Both the position numbers and the translations under genes were made by a program. From assembly GCA_963693365.1 (NCBI GenBank), contig CAVNZM010000003.1, forward strand, positions 11,026,888 through 11,090,887: a stretch of 64,000 nt of DNA, in the 5' to 3' direction. Below, in pieces: positions 1-30,125 of the stretch. The number at the start of each line of letters is the position of its first letter. The stretch's first letter is position 1. The DNA is from Amoebidium appalachense (taxonomy: Eukaryota; Protista; Ichthyosporea). Below the pieces are notes generated by a model. That model was not told the DNA's origin and ran no database searches. It saw only the letters and a program-made list of their open reading frames with translations.

Positions 1-180
1 TTTATGTTGAATTCTGTTGGTCGTCACATTGAGTATTTATATGATTTTCACACAGTGTTCAGGTATCTCAGTATGCGCATGTTACTGGATAACTCGTGAA
101 GTTTTTATTGTCTTCTCAGTATGCCGTGCATACTTGCATATCTTTCCGTCGAATAAATCCAGTCAAAAGAAAAACAATTC
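1..180 (+). mobile_element. 3' end fragment of the non-LTR retrotransposon seen at ~16250-17307 (cut by the window start)
   Basis: Nearly identical to 17131-17307 (tgttgaattctgttggtcgtcacattgag ... ccgtcgAATAAAtccagtcaaaagaaaaa). It ends in an AATAAA signal followed by an A-rich tail. Confidence 0.6.
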
Positions 181-1611
181 GCTCCCAGCCACTCAACGAA
201 ACCCCCCTCACATGCTCTTTGGGACGCTTGGCTCTTTCACGCCCGCCAATCCGTCACGGTTTTATTTGACATTGGTCCAAGCATTCCGACAGAAGCAACC
301 AATCAAACATGACCCGAGGAATAGTGACCTCGGGTGCACAATTTTCGCATTATGAACCTATGAGGATGGAATAATGCTTGCAAAACATAACAGACTTACC
401 GGATCTATGCTTTAATGCCTCTAATATAGCATTATACTTGAGTTCTGTAAATAGCCCTGTAGAATTGAACCAGCACAAAAAGCCTTTGACCATCTGAGCC
501 ACCCACCAATCAGATGACATAGTGCGATCATTCCTGTCGCCGGGTAAGCAAGCGCGGCTCACCACATGGACGCACAAGTGCTTTCGCGTATCATCGGTGG
601 TGACATGGCGTATTGTCTTACAATAAAGATGGCATATATGAGTACAAATGCGTAAAATATAAATACCAGACACGGCTACTGACTTTTATAATTCTGTCTC
701 AGCCCATCCATATCCCAGGCACAGGCAAACACGGGCATATTTGACCGCCTCAGTCACGGCATGCAGATATGCCAACACTGAGTTCTCGGCGCGCCCTTTG
801 GGCCTTGGCACGCCTCACATACGATTGGCTTTTGAATAAATCTTGGGTCCCCCGCCATGGGGCGTTTTGTAACCAGATTCCGGAAAATGTGATATCCCAT
901 TTTCATATAAAGCAACAAATGTCTACCAAAAATGATGTAACTTCGCTAGACATATACCCAAGTAATAAATATGACATTAAGATTTACACATTTCACACAA
1001 AGCACACATTTCACAAAAAGCAAAGTATAACGGAATTTCTTGGCTTACGATGAGCTAGTGCTGTGCCATTATCTTGGTTTTGCACAAATTAATAACATGG
1101 TCTACTTATATATCAGCTAGCCATAGCTTCTGTAGGCCTATTTCAGCCCGAAGACATTGTTTGCTTTGCTTCTAATATTATTGAATTATAACTTCTATTG
1201 CCTGGTGCGAGTTTTAATGTGCGACATAATCTTTATGTAACGGAATACCTGTTATACAGTGTCCTCATGTCCGTGTTTTGGGAAACCATTACAGTCCAGC
1301 CAGGCATGTCATGGCTAAAAGATGGTGTAGGGGGATGAAACCGACGTGCCATTCAAATAGTTAATTGGTTGTGTGTCACGATTGCTTTTTAGCAGGAAAT
1401 AAGCAGCGTGCCATCGAAAACTTGATTGGTGATGGCTCATAAGTCATGGTACATAAAGCTCCTTGCCCCTCTTCAGAAGTCAGTCAGTCAGTCATACATG
1501 TTAGGTTCACCCGGCTCAGTTTTGTTAGTTTTGCTAATTTCGAATGCACTGCTAGCCGAGGATTCTTCTCTTTCCACTTTTTTCGTAATAATACGCGCGG
1601 TATAATTCAGT

Positions 1612-4600
1612 ATGGCGCCCAATCACGCCGTTAACGCTATGGAGGTTGCCCGGCCCCCGGTGGACGCTGCCATCAAGCAGCAGGGGGACCAGCTGGTGGC
1701 CCAAACGGGCACACAGGCAGCCAAGGACTCTGCCGTTGCCCTCGTGCAGCTCATCAAGAGCCACGGCCTGCAGCTGGTGGCCGACCTTGCCCTCGTGGAC
1801 GCCCTGGCGGAGAACATGAAGAAGGCCGGCAAGAAGGACGCCCCAGCACGCGCCGGTGCCTGCCTCACGGTGGCTGCACTCTGTAACGATATCGGCCTTG
1901 CCGTGGCCCCGTTTGTGCTGCCCCTGTTTGCCACCGTCATCGACCTGATGGGCGACAAGGAGAGGCCCGTGCAGCTCGCCGCCACCGAGGCCGGCAACGC
2001 TGTTATGGGGGTTGTTGCGCCCAACGCCATTGCCACCATTGTGCCGGCCCTATTGCAGAAATCACAGAAGTGGCAGTCGGCGCAGTTCCGCATGCAGGCA
2101 GTCACGACGCTGGCCAAGAAGGCCCCCGTGCAGGTGGCCCGGTGCATGCCCGACATCATTCCCTTTGTGTCTTCGCAGATGTGGGACCTGAAGAAGGAGG
2201 TGAAGGAGGCGGCCAAGGAGGCCCTGCTTGCCGTGTGCGACTGCGTGGACAACAGTGACATCAAGCCGTTTGTGCCCAACCTGGTCAAGTCCATCGAGAA
2301 CCCCAAGGAAGTCCCCGAGACCCTCTACCTGCTTGCCAGCACCACCTTCGTGCAGGTGGTCGAGTCTGGCGCCCTCTCCATCATCTCCCCCCTCCTCGAG
2401 CGCGGTTTTTCGGAGCGTGGCAACGTCGTGGCCATCCGCCAGTGCGCACGCATCATTGAGAACATGACCAAGTTGGTCGAGGAGCCCCGGGACATTTCCC
2501 CCTTCCTGCCTAAGCTGCTGCCCCGGCTGGAGCAGGCCAAGACGGAGGTGTCTGACCCCGAGTGCCGCGAGGTTTGCGCAAAGGCCGCCGACACGCTCAC
2601 CCGCAAGGGGGAGGCGGCTGCGGCCAGCAAGTCCAAGCTGCACGACGTCGAGGCGGTTCTGACGGCCGTCAAGCTGGCGGCCGGCGGGGACAACCACAGC
2701 GACATGTTTGTGCAGGCGCTGAGCCACGTGAGCAGCATGGTGCTGATGCTGGCCGACATCAAGGTGCTCGATGCCGCCATCTGGCGCACGGCCCTCACCC
2801 CCTACCTGACCCCGTTTGTGGACGGCAGCGAGACGGCCGCCGCGATCATCGACGCGATTCTGGGGGAGGTGGTGAAGGACGCCACGCCGGAGGCCGAGGT
2901 GGAGGAGGACACGGACGCCGAGGAGCTGTGCAACTGCAACTTCCGGCTGGCCTACGGGTCCAAGATCCTGCTGAGCAACACCAACCTGCGGCTCAAGCGC
3001 GGCTACCGCTACGGGGTGCTGGGCAAGAACGACTGCGGCAAGACGTCGCTGCTGCGGGCCATTGCCGACCACCGGCTGGAGGGGTTCCCGACCGAGGACG
3101 AGCTGCGCACGGTGTTTGTGGCCACGGACATCCAGGGCGAGATGTCCGACATGACCGTGCTGGACTACATCTACGCCGACCCGCTGCTGCGAAACTGCGG
3201 CGTTGCCCGCGAGGAGATGGCCAAGGTGCTCGAGTCCGTGGGCTTCAACGAGAGCTCCCCGGCAAACATCACCAGCCCCGTGGGCTCGCTGTCGGGCGGC
3301 TGGAAGATGAAACTGGCGCTGTCCCGGGCCATGCTGCTCAAGGCCGACATCATCCTGCTGGACGAGCCCACCAACCACCTGGACGCCTACAACGTCAAGT
3401 GGGTCGAGTCGTACCTGACAGGCCTCAAGGGCGTCACCTGCATCATGGTGAGCCACGACTCGGGCTTCCTGGACCGCGTGTGCACGCACATGATTGAGAT
3501 CAGGGACCTCAAGCTGCACGTGGCCAAGGGCAACCTCACCGACTACCTGCAGAACCGCCCCGACGCCAAGGCCTACTTTGAGTTCAAGACCTCGGCCAAC
3601 AAGACGCCCTTCCGCTTCCCGGCCCCGGGGCCCCTCGAGGGCATCAACACCAAGGGCAAGCCCATCCTCAAGATGACCGACATCACCTTCACCTACGCGG
3701 GGGCCGCCAAGCCGCAGCTGCGCAGCGTGACGGTGCGCTGTTCGCTGGCGTCCCGCGTGGCGTGTGTGGGCGTGAACGGCGCCGGCAAGTCCACCATGAT
3801 CAAGCTGCTGACGGGCGAGCTGGTGCCCGACGCCGGGTCCGGGGAGGTGTGGAAGCACCCCAACGCGCGGGTGGCGTACGTGGCGCAGCACGCGTTCCAC
3901 CACATCGAGAACCACCTGGACAAGACGGCCAACGAGTACATCCTGTGGCGCTACCAGTACGGCAAGGACCGCGAGGGCCTGCAGAAGGTCACCATGCAGC
4001 TGACCCCCGACGAGGAGGCCCAGGTCCAGGCCCCGATCACCGTCGACATCACCGACGCCGACGGCAACGTCAAGAAGGAAAAGCGCACGCTGGACCGCTT
4101 CACCGAGGGCCGCCGGCAGAAGGGCCGCACGACCGAGTACGAGATCGAGTGGGTGGGCCACTCGGAGCCCACGTGGGTGGACGTGGAGGTCTTGCTCAAG
4201 CAGGGCAGCGCGTTTGAGAAGCTGATCAAGCAGACCGACGAGGCCATCGCCAACAGCGCGTCGGCCTACCAGCGGCCGCTGACTATGAAGAACGTCGAGG
4301 ACCACCTGGAGGGCTTTGGCCTGGAGAAGGAGTTCGGCACCCACACCCGCATCCGCGCGCTGTCGGGCGGGCAGAAGGTCAAGGTGGTGCTGGCGGCGGC
4401 CATGTGGAACTGCCCGCACCTGCTGATCCTCGACGAGCCCACAAACTACCTCGACCGCGAGTCCCTGGCCCAGCTGGCCGACGCCATCCGGCTGTACGAC
4501 GGCGGCGTGGTGATGATCACGCACAACAACGCCTTCTGCAGCGAGCTGTGCCCCGAGGTGTGGCACCTGGAGAACAACACGCTCAACCTCAAGGGCGATG

Positions 4601-4803
4601 CGGACTGGATGGAGAAGGCCATGAAGGAGAAGATCGAGGTAAAGGAGCTGGACGACGTGGTCAAGGACCGCTACGGCAACGACGTGAAGGTCAAAAAGCA
4701 GGACAAGAAGCTGAGCCGCGCCGAGCTGAAGAAGAAGGAGAAGCAGCGCAAGGCCAGAAAGGCCCTGGGCCTGGCCTCGGAGAGCGAGGAGGACGACGAG
4801 TAG
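1612..4803 (+). CDS. EF3: Translation elongation factor 3 (eEF3/YEF3-like ABC-F ATPase), 1063 aa, intronless
   Basis: N-terminal HEAT-like region (KWQ..., WDLKKEVK, VDNSDIKPFVP, TTFVQVV). ABC1 has GKNDCGKTSLL, LSGGWKMKLAL and LLDEPTNHLD. ABC2 has GVNGAGKSTMIK, YVAQHAFHHIE, a chromodomain-like insert (TEYEIEWVG), LSGGQKVKVV and LDEPTNYLD. Lys-rich then acidic C-terminal tail. Strong G/C-ending codon bias. Confidence 0.95.
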   Translation: MAPNHAVNAMEVARPPVDAAIKQQGDQLVAQTGTQAAKDSAVALVQLIKSHGLQLVADLALVDALAENMKKAGKKDAPARAGACLTVAALCNDIGLAVAPFVLPLFATVIDLMGDKERPVQLAATEAGNAVMGVVAPNAIATIVPALLQKSQKWQSAQFRMQAVTTLAKKAPVQVARCMPDIIPFVSSQMWDLKKEVKEAAKEALLAVCDCVDNSDIKPFVPNLVKSIENPKEVPETLYLLASTTFVQVVESGALSIISPLLERGFSERGNVVAIRQCARIIENMTKLVEEPRDISPFLPKLLPRLEQAKTEVSDPECREVCAKAADTLTRKGEAAAASKSKLHDVEAVLTAVKLAAGGDNHSDMFVQALSHVSSMVLMLADIKVLDAAIWRTALTPYLTPFVDGSETAAAIIDAILGEVVKDATPEAEVEEDTDAEELCNCNFRLAYGSKILLSNTNLRLKRGYRYGVLGKNDCGKTSLLRAIADHRLEGFPTEDELRTVFVATDIQGEMSDMTVLDYIYADPLLRNCGVAREEMAKVLESVGFNESSPANITSPVGSLSGGWKMKLALSRAMLLKADIILLDEPTNHLDAYNVKWVESYLTGLKGVTCIMVSHDSGFLDRVCTHMIEIRDLKLHVAKGNLTDYLQNRPDAKAYFEFKTSANKTPFRFPAPGPLEGINTKGKPILKMTDITFTYAGAAKPQLRSVTVRCSLASRVACVGVNGAGKSTMIKLLTGELVPDAGSGEVWKHPNARVAYVAQHAFHHIENHLDKTANEYILWRYQYGKDREGLQKVTMQLTPDEEAQVQAPITVDITDADGNVKKEKRTLDRFTEGRRQKGRTTEYEIEWVGHSEPTWVDVEVLLKQGSAFEKLIKQTDEAIANSASAYQRPLTMKNVEDHLEGFGLEKEFGTHTRIRALSGGQKVKVVLAAAMWNCPHLLILDEPTNYLDRESLAQLADAIRLYDGGVVMITHNNAFCSELCPEVWHLENNTLNLKGDADWMEKAMKEKIEVKELDDVVKDRYGNDVKVKKQDKKLSRAELKKKEKQRKARKALGLASESEEDDE

Positions 4804-4989
4804 TTCTTAACCGTATATGGTCAGGAAATTTAGCGTGTGATTGGTGGGTTTTTTTTTAGTAATGTTTGTATGTGCGACGCGAAAAACACGGAAAAGATGC
4901 AGAATGCCTATTGATGCATTATTGAGATTTGGTATTTCAATGATTTTGTGAATTTAAAGTTATTGAATTTTGCATGTGTTTGTGAATCT

Positions 4990-5391
4990 GACGCGAAAAA
5001 TTACTGTAATGACGCTGAATGCCATTTATGGCGCATGTATGTTGTGGGGCCTGGTGCCCCCCAGGCCACTGGCCTGCTCGAATGAGAACCAATGAAATCA
5101 CAATATTAAAATATTTATAAAATATTTGTCGCAACCAGTGCTGTGTTCTCCCGGGTTGGTCACCCCATCTCCCTCCCTGCCTCTCGCTCTCTTCCCCTCC
5201 CCCTCCCCCTTCACTTCCCCCCCCCCCCCCCCCCCTTCCCCCCCAACCATCAGCACCAGCTTCCAACAAATAAAAATGCAGTTTTAAACTTTCAAACACA
5301 AACATGATCCCTCTCGCTCTGCCACCCCTACGTGCCGACCACCACGACCACCACCATGCTGTTGAATGACAATGCAGCTGCAAACACCTTC

Positions 5392-5427
<36 letters not shown>

Positions 5428-5966
5428 AAACTGCATGTCCACTACTCCTGTCCCACCCACTCTTGCTGTTGCCTTACTTAGTGCAAAGATCGATGGGAGG
5501 GCTTACCTGCCTCCCCTCTCCCTCCCTCCCTCCCCCCCCCCCCCCCCCCCCCTCTCCCGGGTTTTACACTGCCCCCCCCCCCCCCCCCTCCCCCCGCGCC
5601 CCCCTGCCCCTCCCCAACCAGTTATCCTACCTCCCACCACCCCTGCCTCTTCAACATTCCTTCCCCTCCCCCCCCCCCCCCCTCCCCCCGGCCCCACTCC
5701 TGCCCCGTCCTTCCCTTTACCCACTGGCCTGCTCGAATGAGAACCAATGAAATCACGATGACGCTGAATGCCATTTATGGCGCATGTATGTTGTGGGGCC
5801 TGGTGCCCCCCGGGCCACTGGCCTGCTCGAATGAGAACCAATGAAATCACAATATTAAAATATTTATAAAATATTTGTCGCAACCAGTGCTGTGTTCTCC
5901 CGGGTTGGTCACCCCATCTCCCTCCCTGCCTCTCGCTCTCTTCCCCTCCCCCCCTCCCCCTTCCCT

Positions 5967-5997
<31 letters not shown>

Positions 5998-6139
5998 CCA
6001 TCAGCACCACCTTGCAACGAATAAAAATGCAGTTTTAAACTTTCAAACACAAACATGAACCCTCTCGCTCTGCCACCCCTACGTGCCAACCACCACGACC
6101 ACCACCATGCTGTTGAATGACAATGCAGCTGCAAACACC

Positions 6140-6207
<68 letters not shown>

Positions 6208-6788
6208 CGCACACACGCACACACGCAGACACACACGCACAAAACCGCATGTCCACTACTCCTGTCCCACCCACTCTCGTTGTTACCTTACTTAGTGCAA
6301 AGATCGATGGGAGGGCTTACCTGCCTCCGCTCCCCCCCCCCCCCCCCCCCCCCCCCCCCAACCAGTCACAGTACCTCCCACCAAACCCTTTGTCTTCAAC
6401 ATTTCCCCCCTCCCCCTGCCTCCCTCCCTCCCCCCCCCCCCCCCCCCCCTCTCCCGGGTTTTACACTGCCCCCCCCCCCCCCCCTCCCCCCGCGCCCCCC
6501 TGCCCCTCCCCAACCAGTTATCCTACCTCCCACCACCCCTGCCTCTTCAACATTCCTTCCCTTTCCCCTCCCCCCCCCCTCCCCCCGGCCCCACTCCTGC
6601 CCCGTCCTTCCCCCCCTCATTCAACCTTTACCCACCACAAACATACCTGGCCCCATCCCAGTCCATCGATGCATCCCTTTTCATCCTGCACCGGTACCCT
6701 GGGCCCACTTCTCCACATAATCGACCCCCCGCCCCTTCTCCCCCTCTCCCCCTCCCCCCCGCCCCTCGGGCACCCACCCACCCACACA

Positions 6789-6882
<94 letters not shown>

Positions 6883-7484
6883 ACATATACCTCAGAATCT
6901 TCATATATCTCTAGCACTCAATCGTCCCCTTTTATAATTTAAAACTAAATAAATGTTTTGCATCTGATGCAGTCTATGAATTTGACGCGAAGAATTACAG
7001 TAAGGACGCTAAGGCCATTTATGGCGCATGTACGTTGTGGGGCCTGGTGCCCCCTGGGCCATTCGCCTGCTCGAATGAGAATCAATGAAATTGCAGTATA
7101 AAAAATGTTTAAAGATTATGTGTCCCAACGAATGCTTATACTCTCTCGGGCTGGCTACCCCATATCCCTCCCTGCCTCTTGCTCCCAGCCTTCCCCCCTT
7201 CTCCCCCTTGCTCCCCTCCCACCTTTCCCCCGGGCAACAACCAAAACCACCAGCATGTTGACGAATAACAGCACAGTTTTAAGTCTAAGACACAAACAGT
7301 TGAACCCCCCCCCCCCCCCCCCCCCCTCCTCCGGGCCAACCACCACCACCACCATCATCATCATAACGAATAACAATTCAGTAGTAAACGTTGTAACACA
7401 CACACAGTGGTATCCCCCCCCACCACCCACCCGCCCACACACACACACACACACCCACACACCCACACACCTACACGCACGCAG

Positions 7485-7561
<77 letters not shown>

Positions 7562-8016
7562 CACCATGTCCACTACTCCTGTCCCTTTCACTGTGTTGTA
7601 TTCCTATCCCATTGCACCTCAGCCGAGTGCAAAAAACAACGGGGAGGGCTTACCCAACTCCCCCTCTAACCCCCCACCCCCCCCCCCTTTCCCTCCCCTT
7701 CTCCAACCAATCGCCCTACCTCCCACCACCACGTTTTAAATTCTCTTCAACCCCCCCCCCCCCCTCTCCCCCCCCCTCCCCCCTGCCCCCTCTGCCCCTC
7801 CCCATCCCCCCCCCCCCCCTCGTCCCTTCCCCCCCCCCCCCCCCCCCCCCCAACCCCCACCACATCATACATGGGCCCCATCCCAATCCACCGATGTATT
7901 CCTTTGCATGTTTCCTGCACCCGTGCATTGGCCCCACTTCTTGCCCCAATATATACCAATATATACCCTCCCCGGCCTTTCCATCACCCACCCACCCAGA
8001 CACACACACACACACA

Positions 8017-8054
<38 letters not shown>

Positions 8055-8075
8055 AGAATCTTCATATATCTCTAG
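4990..8075. repeat. Tandem array of three related ~0.75-1.2 kb units directly downstream of EF3
   Basis: The head gacgct.a..gccatttatggcgcatgta.gttgtggggcctggtgcccc...ggcca.t.gcctgctcgaatgagaa.caatgaaat recurs at ~5011, ~5760 and ~7005. atgtccactactcctgtccc recurs at ~5435, ~6250 and ~7566. ctcagaatcttcatatatctctag recurs at 6891 and 8052. Confidence 0.9.
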
Positions 8076-15340
<7,265 letters not shown>

Positions 15341-16249
15341 CAGAAAGGACACATGGGTGTGCATCCGACACATGGGTGTGCAATATCGATGAGAGGCATG
15401 CTCAGCCTTGGCAAAGCTATGTATCGAACTCTTTTCCTTTACTAATTATGATATATTAAAGTATATTATGATTTAAAGGGGTGTGCTACAAATGTTTGAC
15501 TGTATATCATTCTGTCTGATGATAACGATATTGCTGCTTTTTTAGTTGTTTAAAACTCTGAGCAGAGTTGCAAGTGGAAGAAGGTAGTCTGTAAATGCAC
15601 ATGGGCTGTCAGCGGTGTCGGTGGGCGCCACGATCAACGGTTTTGCATACGCGTACACACACTGCTGCAGTACTGCTGCTGCATGCAGTAAGTCCGACGG
15701 CAACGGGTATTTTACAGTGAGTGGACATACTAATGATTAGTGGCGTGCTGCGCAGGCCTAGGCGCCTAGGGACTTGCATGTGCAGGAACTTTCGTACATA
15801 CTAACACAACATCTGGCGCCAGCCCTATGACTATTCGTCGTGATATCGGAAAGCGTGCACGGATGCCTATTTGTTCTTCTCTCAAGCACTGTAATATTTT
15901 TTGACGCATAAATATATTTATAGCTTGGAAGCAACTTGTATTATCATCATGAAGTTATTTGCATACTATCATACTGTATTGGACTTGAAGCCCCCGTGCA
16001 CGCACGGGACCGGACAGGAGACCGTGCGCGAGCCCACATAATAATGCTCCAACTGCGTAAGGAATGCATATGGGTGCGCTTTGTGGGTAAAATCCACGCG
16101 CAGAGCATAGACTCTGTCTGGTGCTCTGTGAGCCATACAAAGAAGTCATGTGTTCCGCCCCTCTACATAATAGAACATAGGAGTGCTTGCTAGTGATTGC
16201 TAGGTGTTCAACGTTGACGTTGAAAAGTTTGTTCTGATTTTTTTCGACT

Positions 16250-17307
16250 TTAGGTCTTATCTATTGGTTCCGCACGCATCACAACAATCTTTTGATTGGA
16301 TTAGAACGAATAGAGTGGATCCCCCGAAACTCCTATGTGTGGGGCTAGTCGTATGTGTGAAACAGCGGATTTACGATTATCCAGTTTCGGGATTTGGGCC
16401 ACGCCAAATTCCGTGACAGACATAGAACTGGATGTGGTCCTACATATAGTAAAATGCTACGCACTTTGTTTCGTACTCGGTTTGTGCCTCCCTTAATCAG
16501 TATGTTTGGATTGTCGTCTGCTGTTTGTCGTATGGAGGAATTGTCTCTTCGTTTTTGTTTTCATTTAGTTAGGCTACCTGATGGTCACCCTCTTTATGCT
16601 TTCTTCCCCCTCCCTCCATCCCTCTTCCCCCCCGATTCACCAACGCTACTTCTGAATGTCCTCAGCCTACCCTCTTTCCACCTGATTCTTCCTCTCGCTA
16701 TCTCACTCCCTCTTTCTTTTCTCTTCCTGTTTTTTCTGCCTTTTCGCGTTATTACCATACGCAGTATAAGTTTCTTTCTCGTTCTGATAGAGAAATCAAA
16801 GGTAAAACTCAGTCGGCATGTGTTATGTTCCTTAGGCAACACCATACTGATCATTATCGCTTTTTGGGAGCTTTGGCAGGATACATTTCTCCTGCTGTAC
16901 GTATGGATACCACCCTAGTAGATAAGTCTGTATGGTGCTCTGATGTTGATATCGCCTGGGAAGTTGTGCAGTGGCGCTGTAATTCTTGTTTTCCTCGCCG
17001 CTGGTGCCACTTTTGTGCTGACCTTTTTAATCGCAAGCATGTTGATAGGTGTGAATTTTTATGTCGCGTTTTACCTCTTTCCCTCCGGGTATCTGCTACA
17101 CTAGCTGGCAATGTGAACACTTTAGACTTTTTGTTGAATTCTGTTGGTCGTCACATTGAGTATTTATATGATTTTCACACAGTGTTCAGGTATCTCAGTA
17201 TGCACTTGTTACTGGATAACTCGTGACGTTTTTATTGTCTTCTCAGTATGCCGTGCATACTTGCATATCTTTCCGTCGAATAAATCCAGTCAAAAGAAAA
17301 AAAATTC
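16250..17307 (+). mobile_element. Degraded non-LTR (LINE-like) retrotransposon, 3' portion
   Basis: Broken ORFs resemble the post-RT region of LINEs (LISMFGLSSAVCRMEELSLRFCFHLVRLPDGHPL). There is a C-x2-C-x7-H-x3-C knuckle (CHFCADLFNRKHVDRC) followed by TLDFLLN, then AATAAA and an A-rich tail. The 3' end is multicopy in the window. No RT catalytic motif was recognised and the 5' boundary is approximate. Confidence 0.55.
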
Positions 17308-17423
17308 AATAATCTTACACTAAAAAGGGGGATCCTGGTAAAACAAAGCTCCACATTTTCCGTAGTTACTAGTTACATGCTGTTACACACATATGGAAAT
17401 GGGGTCTCAAATTCCCGGGAGCC

Positions 17424-17525
17424 CGTCGAATAAACCCAATCAAAAGAAAAATATTGTCTTCTCAGTATGCCGTGCATACTTGCATATCTTTCCGTCGAAT
17501 AAATCCGGTCAAAAGAAAAAAAAAA
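17424..17525 (+). mobile_element. Two further short copies of the same element's extreme 3' end
   Basis: ccgtcgaataaacccaatcaaaagaaaa at ~17424-17451, and attgtcttctcagtatgccgtgcatacttgcatatctttccgtcgaataaatccggtcaaaagaaaaaaaaaa at ~17453-17525. Confidence 0.65.
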
Positions 17526-18957
17526 TGGTTACATACATACGACCCGCCCCACAATAGGATCCATAGAGTCTAGGAGGTGTAGCCCGGGTAAGCGGGTCGG
17601 AAGGCCTTTACAACATGAAAGTAATATAGCAGATTATTAGCAGTCACTCTGATTTTAAAAAAAGCAAGAATATTTTTTTGTTATTTCTTATGCAAGGAAA
17701 GCGGAGAAAACCAATAGTTATTGTGAGAAGAGATGAGAGTTGAACCGTGCATTCTGGGGCATTTAGAGGGACGCTGACGTCATGACTTGCTGAATGATTG
17801 CAGCAGCAACCCTTCTAATGATCATTTTGTGGTTGCTACTTCTTAGACATTACATTCCTACGCTGCGACTGTGATAGTACAAAGTAAGTAATGCACGCTC
17901 AACACTCACTACGGTACAGTTGTGTAATGGGGCCGAAAATCCAAATGTTTGTCGCCCAAAAAGTGGACAGCCCCAGGCCTTCCATTACCAGAATTTTACC
18001 ACGCAAAATGCCACCACCAATCACAATATTTCTGACCTAACTTTCTTTGGGTCAAAATGAACCAAGGAAATTAACCCCCAGAGTAAATTTTCAGACTGAA
18101 ATAGAATTTAATGAAGATGAATAGATGATGTGAATCATGTGATTAAGAGCCAAGACCTCTGTATTTTATAAGCCAAAGTTTTTAAAAATAATTATATCAC
18201 GCTTAAAGTTAATACTATTTTTAGAAACTGGCATATTTGAAACTCTTGAGTCTACACTTAAGAGTCTCAGGCTCGAGCGACTCAGTCACAAAGAAAATTT
18301 GAATTTGAAATTCCCAAAAAAGCCCATAAGCCATACGCCCCCCTTATGGTCTAGGGTTTCAGTTGTGGCTTCCGTTGATCAAGTGGCAAGGTGGCTCCCC
18401 AGCGAGTCCTCACTATCCCTACTTACTCCATCTTGCATGTAGTTTGCATGTACGAAGGGTGAGAGAGTAAAAAAAAAAAAAATCATATTCAAAATCTGCC
18501 TTGTGCGTTTGGCAATCCATTAGAAAAGGTACATAAAATCTTTCCTGCACGGTCCGTGCTTGAAGCTCCCGAGCCCTGCGTCAACACAGCAACAAAAAGG
18601 CTTGCATCAGGGTTGTTAGTTTACATGTTCCGGCGGGCCAGATTTGGATGTATGTATTCCTCAGGCTCTGAAAACCACGCAAGGTTAATTATGTAAAATA
18701 TAACTAACAAATTCCTACGAAGAAATGTAAATGTGATACAGCTACATAAATTGCATCCGTGGCCCCAGTTATCCAACACACCGGGTACCAGCATACCACT
18801 TGGTATATTCCTTAAACAGCAATAACTTATCGTCAAAAAAAGAAACGGGAACTCTTACTGGCAGTATGACAGATACGGCCTCACATACACACTATTGGCG
18901 ATCGTTGCGCATACCAATGCATTTTGGATAAGCACTCGTGTCCACTTAACGCAATCA

Positions 18958-19056
<99 letters not shown>

Positions 19057-19496
19057 CAGACACGCACACATACACTAATGCACAGAGTGGTGCTGAAGGA
19101 AACCCCCTATTTAAGACTTGCTGCATACTATCACGCAAATCCTTTGAATTGCTATACATATGTGACATCGGAATCTGGGCTAGTTTCGTTGGCCCTATGG
19201 GCTAAAGACAGTGGTCCTCTGCATACAGGAAAAAAATTAGGTTTAACCCTTTTGCGCGGTACCATTTAGTGTATTAATATCTTACAACTCTGCGCAAGTT
19301 GATTGGGAAACTAATAAGTAGGGAAATGAATATCGCATATTCAACTGGGATTGCTTGCTCATTAATATTACTGCGATTTGTCACCACAGAAGAAAACTTT
19401 GAGAACAACAACGAAGAGCCGGACAAAAAGGTCGCAAATCTACCACCAAGACTAGCAAGACGGTAAATCTACGGCGACGCGGCCAGGCAACCAATC

Positions 19497-30125
<10,629 letters not shown>

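Noticed and set aside
2062-4566. 834-aa antisense ORF and other ORFs overlapping EF3
   Set aside because: Shadow ORFs expected from extreme G/C codon bias on the opposite strand; no recognisable motifs.
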